Shown here: positions 57,250-64,000 of the stretch, in pieces
Position numbering within the stretch: the first letter of the stretch is position 1
How the letters are laid out: each line of letters starts with the position of its first letter
DNA from: Candidatus Saccharimonadales bacterium
GTDB lineage: Bacteria; Patescibacteriota; Saccharimonadia; Saccharimonadales; DATKHC01
Direction: 5' to 3'
Length of the DNA stretch: 64,000 nucleotides
NCBI GenBank assembly: GCA_035510465.1
Contig: DATKHC010000001.1
Coordinates: forward strand, 6,799-70,798
Notes under the pieces: model-generated
The model's input: the letters and a program-made list of their open reading frames with translations, nothing else
What the model was told of the DNA's origin: nothing
The model's database searches: none
Program-made: the position numbers and the translations under genes

Positions 57250-57319
57250 AACTATTTGCCACATCGTTATCAGTTCTCGTTTAATTTGGTTCCAATTCGT
57301 TCCTATCAGACCTACCACG
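57250..57319 (+). repeat. 70-bp cassette-boundary direct repeat R3
   Basis: AACTATTTGCCACATCGTTATCAG...TTGGTTCCAATTCGTTCCTATCAGACCTACCACG. The 3' part resembles the tRNA-Met 3' end. Confidence 0.65.
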
Positions 57320-57356
57320 ACTTTTATTTTTACAATTAAGGCTATAGAGTTAAATA

Positions 57357-58298
57357 ATGGCATATCAACCATACTTTTCTTCATATAGACCAAGCACACC
57401 ATCTTCGAACCCTAAGAAGCAAACAAAGAAAAAAACCAAAAAGACCCATAAGAAAGTCTTTTGGGCAGTTTTAGTACTGTTGATAGTGTTTTTTTTCGTG
57501 TTTTTTGGTAATAAAAAACCGTTATCGGACGTGACAAATACAATCGTAAAAATTAACCCAATCCAGAAAAAGACCACTCCACCAGCCCCCTCTCTCAACC
57601 TTACTCTGCTCAGCAACCAAATTAATGGTGTTATCACTGCAAACAGCGGTATAGATTTCTCCGTGAGCACTATAGATTTAAGTAATGGGCAACTAGAACA
57701 CTACGGTGACTCGGGTACTTTTTTAGCTGCCAGCACAAGTAAAGTTATTACGGCAGAGGATTTCCTAAAACAGGTCGAGCTTGGTAATGAAAGTTTAACC
57801 GAGACAATAAACGGCAGTTCTGCAGAACATGAAATCCAACAAATGATAGTCGTAAGTAATGATAACGCCTGGGATGCATTAAATAATGAACTAGGTTACA
57901 ACCAACTTGAAACTTACGCCTCTCAAATTGGTATCCCAGATTTTGATTCTGATGCTAATTCACTAACGTCCAACGACATAGCTGTAGCATTACAAAAACT
58001 ATACCAAGGCCAGCTATTAAACTCTAACGACACCCAACTCTTATTATCATATCTGTCAGAAGCCAACTATCGGCAATATATACTCCCAGCAATACCATCA
58101 GGTTATATGGTTTATCATAAAGTTGGATTTTATGAAGACTACGTTCACGACGCGGTTATTATAAACAAAGGCAATCAAACAATTGTTTTAGTAATCTTTA
58201 CTAATGGTAACGGTACGTACAATTGGACTCTTAGGGCACAGTTAATGCAACAAATTACTAAATACGTACTAGCTACTTACTTTACTAGTTCTTCTTAG
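57357..58298 (+). CDS. membrane-anchored class A beta-lactamase-like serine hydrolase
   Basis: N-terminal TM, SxxK (ASTSKV), SxN (VSNDN) and a KTG-like HKVG. Confidence 0.6.
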   Translation: MAYQPYFSSYRPSTPSSNPKKQTKKKTKKTHKKVFWAVLVLLIVFFFVFFGNKKPLSDVTNTIVKINPIQKKTTPPAPSLNLTLLSNQINGVITANSGIDFSVSTIDLSNGQLEHYGDSGTFLAASTSKVITAEDFLKQVELGNESLTETINGSSAEHEIQQMIVVSNDNAWDALNNELGYNQLETYASQIGIPDFDSDANSLTSNDIAVALQKLYQGQLLNSNDTQLLLSYLSEANYRQYILPAIPSGYMVYHKVGFYEDYVHDAVIINKGNQTIVLVIFTNGNGTYNWTLRAQLMQQITKYVLATYFTSSS

Positions 58299-59041
58299 CT
58301 TTCGATTTTCTTAAAACGCCAGACTGCAAATGCAATTAGAACTACTGCTGTAATACTAAGGACTATAAAATCCTTCAGATAACCATAGTGTGTTTGGTTT
58401 ATCAAACTAGTCCTCATGGCGTCAACCGCATAACTGATTGGGTTAACATTAGCTACGTAGCGCAGTACCTTAGGAGCCGTGTTTAGAGGATAAAGTGAGC
58501 CTGATAAAAAGAAAAGTGGGAATATTAAGAATTGGTTGATAGCCTGAAATCCTTGGAAGTCGTTCACGATTGCTCCGATACCTGAGCTAAAACTAGCCAG
58601 TGCTATAGCCAGCAAGCCTAGAACTAGGATTGACACTAATACCATGGCCCAGTTATATGGCCTGAAACCGATCATCAAAGCTAGAATAAAGACCAAAACT
58701 CCCTGGAAAACTGCAGTTGTCGCTCCGCCAAGTGCTCCTCCCAGCATAATTTTTGTTCGAGTAACGGGAGCCACTAAAGTCTCTTTTAAAAATCCAAACT
58801 GTTTGTCAAAAATAATGTTTATACCAAAGAAGATAGCTGAGAACAAAACGGTCTGAGCCATTACTCCTGGAACCAAAAAGTGTATATAGTCCCCGTGTCC
58901 GGCTGCTTTAAAAACCGAACCCAAACCGTAACCAAGTGCAAATAATAGTAGTAAGGGTTGACCAATCGCCCCAATTAATCTTGAAGGTGATCTAAAATAA
59001 CGTTTAAGTTGTCTTAGCCAAAGAATATGAATGACTCTCAT
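58295..59041 (-). CDS. ABC-2 type transporter permease
   Basis: Six-TM ABC-2 pattern. Overlaps the ATPase gene. Confidence 0.8.
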   Translation of the reverse strand: MRVIHILWLRQLKRYFRSPSRLIGAIGQPLLLLFALGYGLGSVFKAAGHGDYIHFLVPGVMAQTVLFSAIFFGINIIFDKQFGFLKETLVAPVTRTKIMLGGALGGATTAVFQGVLVFILALMIGFRPYNWAMVLVSILVLGLLAIALASFSSGIGAIVNDFQGFQAINQFLIFPLFFLSGSLYPLNTAPKVLRYVANVNPISYAVDAMRTSLINQTHYGYLKDFIVLSITAVVLIAFAVWRFKKIES

Positions 59042-59862
59042 TACCTTCTCCTCGCCCGGTTACGAAGACGCATACGGTCTGACGAATTTGCTTCTTCGTC
59101 TCTTATCTCTCTCCCCGTTAAAGCCAAATATGCTTCTTCGAGACTTGTAGTTCCGGTCTGCTTTTCTAGTTGTTTGGAAGTACCTGATGAAATGATCTTG
59201 CCGTGGTCAATAATCGATATTCTTTGAGCAACTGCCTCTGCTTCTTCTAAATAATGCGTGGTAAAGAAAATGGTAGTTCCGTTTTGTTTGTTGATCTTTT
59301 TTACATAATCCCAAAGTAGGGTTCGAGTTTGTGTGTCAAGACCTATCGTTGGTTCATCCAAGAAAAGGATTTTTGGAGAGTGCAGGAAACCTCTTGCTAT
59401 CTCGAGTCTTCTTTTCATCCCGCCGGAAAATTGACGAACCCGGTGGTCTTTGCGTTCCCACAAATCAACTAGTTTGAGTAGTTCGTGAATATGTGATTTA
59501 GCTGATCCCCTGCTCATGCCATATAAAACTGCATGTAACTCCATATTCTCATAGGCAGTTAACTCATCATCAACACTTGGGTCCTGAAAGACAATTCCAA
59601 AAGACTTACGCACATTCTCTTGATCATGCATGACATCGTAGCCAGCTAAACTGAGCTCCCCGGAGGTTGGTACAAGTAGTGTCGTTAACATTTTGATGGT
59701 AGTACTTTTGCCGGCTCCGTTTGGCCCTAAAAATGCAAATATTTCAGCTTTTTCCACCTCAAACGTAATATCATCAACAGCCACAAAGTCGCCGAATTTT
59801 TTAGTTAGGTTGTTCGCTTTAATAATGCCACTCATCAACAAGACATTATAACTTGAATTCAT
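59041..59862 (-). CDS. ABC transporter ATP-binding protein (DrrA-like)
   Basis: GPNGAGKST, FSGGMKRRL and LFLDEPT motifs. Confidence 0.85.
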   Translation of the reverse strand: MNSSYNVLLMSGIIKANNLTKKFGDFVAVDDITFEVEKAEIFAFLGPNGAGKSTTIKMLTTLLVPTSGELSLAGYDVMHDQENVRKSFGIVFQDPSVDDELTAYENMELHAVLYGMSRGSAKSHIHELLKLVDLWERKDHRVRQFSGGMKRRLEIARGFLHSPKILFLDEPTIGLDTQTRTLLWDYVKKINKQNGTTIFFTTHYLEEAEAVAQRISIIDHGKIISSGTSKQLEKQTGTTSLEEAYLALTGREIRDEEANSSDRMRLRNRARRR

Positions 59863-59948
59863 AATTCTTGTTGTGTTGATAAATTCAGTAAAAGTCTTTA
59901 CCTAAAACGGTTGTGTTTAGATAATCTTTGGGCAATACTTAAATAAGT

Positions 59949-60725
59949 ATGGATGATCAGAATCAACCTCCATCAAATGATCAGGTGGAAAATTTAAACA
60001 GTACGCCAGATTCTTCGGGCAGTACACCTCCTAGCTCCAACGAACCAATTGGTAGTTCTCCTGACGACCATGTTGCCTCACCGTTTAGCGTACCGCCAAA
60101 CGAAATCAGTACCGAAACTCCTAAAGATCCAAAACTCTCTAGCCCAATTTCAGATAATAAAATTCAAGTTCACAAACAAGGATTTATGCCACTGGTTCTT
60201 ACCATAATAGCTGTAATAATTTTTATTGGGACCGTTTATGGGGTTTATGGTTGGCAACATCAGAGTGTTAGCAAACTGAACTCTCAACTGTCAGCAGCTA
60301 ACTCAAATGTCAGTTCCCTAAAGACCAGTTTGGCCAACGCTAAAACCACAGCCAGCGCGCCCAATACCGTAAAGATAGCGCCACTAGGGATTAGTTTAGT
60401 TGTCCCGAGTAACTTGGCTAATCTTACTTACGTAGCAAACGCTCAAGGTAGTGTCGTTAACGTATCGTCACAAACTCTGACCGATCTTGATCCCGCCTGC
60501 ACAGCAACCAGCTCAGGTACCAACGCACTAGGTGATTTATCGAAAGTAACTGGTAACTATAGCTCATCTACTAGCGTTACATTGGTTAAACAATTCTCCG
60601 GTTACTATATTGGTTATAGTGCTGCAAAAACCCCGTGCTCGACCGTTTCTCAAGTTAATAGTTTAGTCACCACACTAACGACTTCACTAAAAACCAGTTT
60701 TTCATCAGCAAGTTCAACTGATTAG
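59949..60725 (+). CDS. hypothetical membrane-anchored Ser/Thr-rich protein
   Basis: Disordered N-terminus, a single TM, and an extracellular S/T-rich domain. Confidence 0.45.
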   Translation: MDDQNQPPSNDQVENLNSTPDSSGSTPPSSNEPIGSSPDDHVASPFSVPPNEISTETPKDPKLSSPISDNKIQVHKQGFMPLVLTIIAVIIFIGTVYGVYGWQHQSVSKLNSQLSAANSNVSSLKTSLANAKTTASAPNTVKIAPLGISLVVPSNLANLTYVANAQGSVVNVSSQTLTDLDPACTATSSGTNALGDLSKVTGNYSSSTSVTLVKQFSGYYIGYSAAKTPCSTVSQVNSLVTTLTTSLKTSFSSASSTD

Positions 60726-60976
60726 TTTAAAAAACTAACTTTTAGAAAGCTCAGTGTTCTTCTAAGACTCTATCAATCTTTGTTATTTCTGGGTTAGAAC
60801 TAGGGATCAGTTCGAATACAAGCCCCGAGGGCAAAGTAATTAATGACATTTTGTTTTCCTTTTTTGTTTTCTTATTAAAGGTTACCTATCATTATGCATA
60901 ATCTTGCGTAAATGTCAATATAAGGTTATCTTGACTACTTGCATACTTCTCTGTTATTCTAAGCATTATTAATTAT

Positions 60977-61051
60977 CGCGGGGTGGAGCAGCGGCAGCTC
61001 GCGTGGCTCATAACCACGAGGTCACAGGTTCGAGTCCTGTCCCCGCTACCA
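60977..61051 (+). tRNA. initiator tRNA-fMet (anticodon CAT)
   Basis: CGCGGGGTGGAGCAGC start with a C1-U72 mismatch, anticodon arm CGTGG-CTCATAA-CCACG, CCA. Confidence 0.85.
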
Positions 61052-61063
61052 TGAGTATTTTTG

Positions 61064-61086
61064 GCCTCTATGCTAAGAGGCTTTTT
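61064..61086 (+). terminator. rho-independent terminator after tRNA-fMet
   Basis: GCCTCT-ATGCTA-AGAGGC followed by TTTTT. Confidence 0.7.
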
Positions 61087-61111
61087 CATTTAAGTTTGTT
61101 ATGATTACTTC

Positions 61112-61837
61112 GTGGAAACGGTTGTCAAAATAAAGAATCTATCAGTTACACTAGGCAGTCACTTTCGAGCACTTAAAAACATAAATCTCGATCTGCCCGC
61201 GGGTAAAACGATCGGTTTCATTGGACCATCTGGTGCTGGAAAAACTACCTTGATACGTGGGATAGTTGGGAGTCTACGTGCTACATCAGGAGAGATAAAC
61301 GTTTTTAACGAAAAAGCCGGTTCGGCTAATTTGCGTAAACAAGTTAGCTACATGACTCAGGAGTTATCAGTCTACCCTGATCTCACGGTGAAAGAGAATC
61401 TCAAGTATTTCGTAACTATGGCTGGTCAGCCAAGGAGAAAAACAGAAGCAGTAGTATCAGAAGTTCTGGAGACAGTAGATCTTACCAGCAAATCTGCCAG
61501 TTTAGTGCGAGATCTCTCAAGTGGCCAAAAACAAAGAGTGTCTTTAGCCATAGCCCTAATAGGTTCGCCAAAACTATTAGTTTTGGATGAGCCTACCGTC
61601 GGTTTAGACCCGGTACTTCGTAAAAAACTTTGGAATTTATTTGCCGATTTGGCTAACAACGGAGCAACCTTAATTATCTCCAGCCATTCAATGGATGAGG
61701 CTGAGAGGTGTGACGATTTAGTCCTCATAAGAGATGGTCGGCTAATTGCTCATAGTTCACCAAAAAAGCTGCTACAGCGTACTGGAACTAAAACAATCGA
61801 AGAAAGTTTTTTAAAGTTAGTCGGAGACAAGGAGTGA
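61112..61837 (+). CDS. ABC transporter ATP-binding protein
   Basis: GPSGAGKTT, LSSGQKQRV and LVLDEPT motifs. GTG start. Confidence 0.85.
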   Translation: METVVKIKNLSVTLGSHFRALKNINLDLPAGKTIGFIGPSGAGKTTLIRGIVGSLRATSGEINVFNEKAGSANLRKQVSYMTQELSVYPDLTVKENLKYFVTMAGQPRRKTEAVVSEVLETVDLTSKSASLVRDLSSGQKQRVSLAIALIGSPKLLVLDEPTVGLDPVLRKKLWNLFADLANNGATLIISSHSMDEAERCDDLVLIRDGRLIAHSSPKKLLQRTGTKTIEESFLKLVGDKE

Positions 61838-62574
61838 GCATTAGAAAAACGCTTGCTACGTCAGCCCGTGTGCTTAGGCAGCTGCGCCATGACCCACGTA
61901 CTCTAGCTTTAATATTTGTTGTGCCGCCGGTACTTCTGACTATCCTGAAATATGTTTTTCAAGGTGATTCGGGGGTCTTCGGCCATATTTCTCCAATGCT
62001 ACTGGGTATTTTCCCAATGATCATGATGTTTCTTGTAACATCCATAGTTACCTTGAGAGAGAGAACTAGCGGCACATTAAATAGACTTATGACTATGCCT
62101 TTGTCCAAGCCCGATTTTATTTTTGGATACGCTATCGCCTTTTGCATACTAGGTTTGTTTCAAGCATTGATCTCCTGCGGGGTTATGCTTGGCTTGCTCA
62201 ACGTTATAGTTTTAGGAGGCGCACTATCAACTATCATAGCTGCTGTTTTGGCAGCGTTTTTAGGTACAGCCCTAGGTCTTTTCACGAGTGCTTTTGCGAC
62301 AAGCGAGTTCCAGGCTGTTCAATTTTTGCCAGCTTTCATTTTCCCCCAACTTTTGGTTTGTGGGCTGTTTATCGCACGCTCTGGAATGGCTAAACCACTG
62401 CGGTGGTTTTCTGACATAATGCCACTAACCTACAGCGTAGACGCGATGAGACGAGTCACCACTGACTCCTCGTGGACAGGCACATTAACCAGAGATTTAG
62501 TTGTTGTTGCGGCCTTTGCTGTAGTCGCGTTGGTTCTAGGATCCGCCACCATTCGCAGACAAGAAAAGACTTAA
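61834..62574 (+). CDS. ABC-2 type transporter permease
   Basis: Six-TM ABC-2 pattern. Overlaps the ATPase gene by 4 nt. Confidence 0.8.
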   Translation: MSIRKTLATSARVLRQLRHDPRTLALIFVVPPVLLTILKYVFQGDSGVFGHISPMLLGIFPMIMMFLVTSIVTLRERTSGTLNRLMTMPLSKPDFIFGYAIAFCILGLFQALISCGVMLGLLNVIVLGGALSTIIAAVLAAFLGTALGLFTSAFATSEFQAVQFLPAFIFPQLLVCGLFIARSGMAKPLRWFSDIMPLTYSVDAMRRVTTDSSWTGTLTRDLVVVAAFAVVALVLGSATIRRQEKT

Positions 62575-63020
62575 TCCTGGTTTCTATGGAAGTAGAAATT
62601 CATCCAAGCTTCAAAATTACTTTGATAGAGAGGTTTTGGGGGAGGGTTCTGGGATTGCGAATTGGTGTTACTCGGTAAAATTGCCAGTTGTGCCAGCGCA
62701 AGTGATGTTTGCACATTTAGAACCTTTTCTCCCGGCTCAGCTTTCCCGAGTAATTGCCTAGCCTCTAGTTCAAGGTATTCATTGGTATTGTAATACTGGT
62801 TCTGTAGCTGCAGATTATTGTTTTGCAGGGACTGGTTCTGATTTTGTTCCTGAAGGGCGGATATCTGTTTTTGAAGTGAGTAGTTAGTTTCTACCGCACC
62901 TATACCACTCCAGGTTACTAAAATAACAATGACACCAAAAACCGCCAGACCAATAGCTCTTATATCCTGAAATTGCTTGATCACAGATTGTAATTTTGTT
63001 ATTTTTGATTTTTCTGACAT
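62571..63020 (-). CDS. septum formation initiator (FtsB/DivIC-like)
   Basis: N-terminal TM, Q/N-rich coiled coil, and YLELEARQLLGKAEPGEKV. Confidence 0.65.
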   Translation of the reverse strand: MSEKSKITKLQSVIKQFQDIRAIGLAVFGVIVILVTWSGIGAVETNYSLQKQISALQEQNQNQSLQNNNLQLQNQYYNTNEYLELEARQLLGKAEPGEKVLNVQTSLALAQLAILPSNTNSQSQNPPPKPLYQSNFEAWMNFYFHRNQD

Positions 63021-63044
63021 CTTAACTGTATTTTAACAAATCCT

Positions 63045-63121
63045 TGGTGGGGCTGGTTGGATTCGAACCAACGACCAATCGGTTATGAGCCGACTGCTCT
63101 AAACCACTGAGCTACAGCCCC
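63045..63121 (-). tRNA. tRNA with CAT anticodon, probably tRNA-Ile2 (lysidine-modified)
   Basis: Acceptor GGGGCTG/CAGCCCC, anticodon loop CTCATAA. The variable loop and T-arm (TTGGTCGTTGGTTCGAATCCAAC) resemble ileX-type tRNAs. The Ile2 versus Met call is an inference. Confidence 0.75.
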
Positions 63122-63234
63122 AGACTGAAGTGAGTATAACAGATTGAGTGGTCAAAACGTCAGGCTGAACGGACGCAAAATAAAAATAGCACCTTTTACA
63201 GTGCTATTTTCAACTAAATTGTCTTTTATTTAGA

Positions 63235-63432
63235 CTATTTTCGCTTCAGTGTTAGGAAACCGTTTCGTGGGTTTTCGTTTACTGAGTAGCCGCTTGGTAA
63301 CTCGTTTACCGTCTCTGGGCGCTCGTCCTTACTAAAATAGTAGATAGTTTGTTTTTTACCACCACGGAGTGTGACGTCTTTTGAATTCAAAAAATATGTC
63401 ACCCCTTTTGAGTTTGTGTGCTTGTAAGCCAT
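63235..63432 (-). CDS. small hypothetical protein
   Basis: MAYKHTNSKGVTYFLN... preceded by AGAGGGAGAG. The upstream promoter (TTGACA, TATGGT) makes the track start 63474 unlikely. Confidence 0.5.
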   Translation of the reverse strand: MAYKHTNSKGVTYFLNSKDVTLRGGKKQTIYYFSKDERPETVNELPSGYSVNENPRNGFLTLKRK

Positions 63433-63670
63433 TATTACAACTCTCCCTCTCTTGTAATTAGTAATTGTACTCATACCATACTCTCGGCAGTTTTATCTTG
63501 TCAACCGGTTTTTTACAAAAGAACACCTTATCTTATACGAAAACCCACATTTAACAACTACAGAGTTGTAGTTATATTGGCAATGCCCATACGTTGATAT
63601 TGTGATCAAAACGGTTATGTATTACACTGTTAGCATTCAATAAAAGACGAAAGACGGGGAATTTTTAGTA

Positions 63671-64000
63671 TGGATATTGGCTTAAAACCGAAAATCGAAC
63701 AGCCGGTCCAACATCATAACCACTACTCCGAGCTAGCTAAAAGCACTGGCGGAGGAGAGGATCATCCTACGAAGAGTAAAAGAACCAAAGGAAATTTATA
63801 CGGGATGAGGTTTCTAACGTCCCTGTTACTCTTGGGTATCGCGGCTATAGTAGTTATGACAATTGCCTTTTTGGCAGTCGGGCGATATGTATATGGAGAG
63901 AACACATACGTCAATAAAAATGAATACCAGGCTGTTTTTGTTAATGTAACTGGCAGCAGTGGCGGCCAGGCCTACTTCGGGCATATATCTTCAATTTCTC
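63671..64000 (+). CDS. hypothetical membrane protein, 5' fragment (runs off the right edge)
   Basis: ATG at 63671, frame open to the window end, with one TM (FLTSLLLLGIAAIVVMTIAFLAV). Confidence 0.4.

Noticed and set aside
55708-57319. Integron attC sites as the identity of repeats R1-R3
   Set aside because: There is no internal imperfect inverted-repeat (R''/L''-L'/R') structure, no GTTRRRY/RYYYAAC cores, and no intI gene. The repeats are direct and resemble a tRNA 3' end instead.
59184-59190. Other CUGAUGA heptamers, on the plus strand near 59184, 51604, 54649 and 2117, and on the minus strand near 19820, 24775, 25250, 26625, 41940, 42191 and 51715
   Set aside because: None is followed by a stem II plus GAAA with matching stems I and III. 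All lie inside coding regions. Only the 6915-6964 site forms a full hammerhead.
60751-60849. 32-aa minus-strand ORF (MSLITLPSGLVFELIPSSNPEITKIDRVLEEH) with AAGGA upstream
   Set aside because: It is too short and has no recognisable features or conservation evidence. It is noted only as a possible small protein.
62571-62574. Four-nucleotide convergent overlap (TTAA) of the ABC-2 permease and the FtsB-like gene
   Set aside because: This is a palindromic shared stop codon, a trivial consequence of genome compaction rather than a regulatory feature.
1-64000. CRISPR arrays, transposases, integrases and prophage structural genes
   Set aside because: I found no regularly spaced short direct repeats and no ORF with recombinase, transposase or capsid/terminase signatures in any frame of the track.

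Overview
This is a 64-kb chromosomal segment from a low-GC, gene-dense bacterium. The gene content looks like Patescibacteria/CPR, possibly Saccharibacteria-like: RNase Y, several type IV pilin-like genes, two ABC1-family kinases, sparse metabolism and short intergenic regions. That placement is inference only. I can support about 75 protein genes and 10 tRNAs. I found no rRNA, CRISPR array, transposase or integrase. Housekeeping blocks include murB-glyA-murA, recA-recX, ruvABC-yebC, rny-ymdB, tsaEB, hrcA-grpE-dnaK-cutA-dnaJ with a CIRCE operator, lepA-murJ-ftsH-tilS, and three ABC exporter pairs. The unusual content is non-coding and lies next to tRNA genes. (1) A complete type III hammerhead ribozyme motif sits on the minus strand at 6915-6964. 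It would cleave exactly at the base of a long 3' hairpin that ends a visibly GC-richer islet. The islet carries an orphan 160-aa ORF beside tRNA-His. (2) A second islet with the same layout lies between two tRNA-Pro genes and carries a Cys-rich 91-aa ORF. Both islets carry the 10-mer GACAAGCAGA in the leader and its exact complement in the 3' hairpin. (3) Two tandem units of about 2 kb lie downstream of tRNA-Lys. Each unit is a flank hairpin, a cargo gene, an RHH-PIN toxin-antitoxin pair and a conserved non-coding element of about 290 nt. That element shows compensatory base changes and a GNRA loop and ends in a tRNA-like CCTCCA. (4) Downstream of tRNA-Met is a cassette array (orphan ORF, mazEF, HTH-PIN). 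The cassettes are separated by three 70-bp direct repeats that resemble the tRNA-Met 3' end, and each repeat is followed by a near-consensus promoter. Other points include an XRE-HTH::MurA fusion, a guanylate-kinase homologue with a degenerate P-loop, and three CAT-anticodon tRNAs near tilS. All calls come from reading the sequence and ORF translations by eye. No database search or folding program was run.
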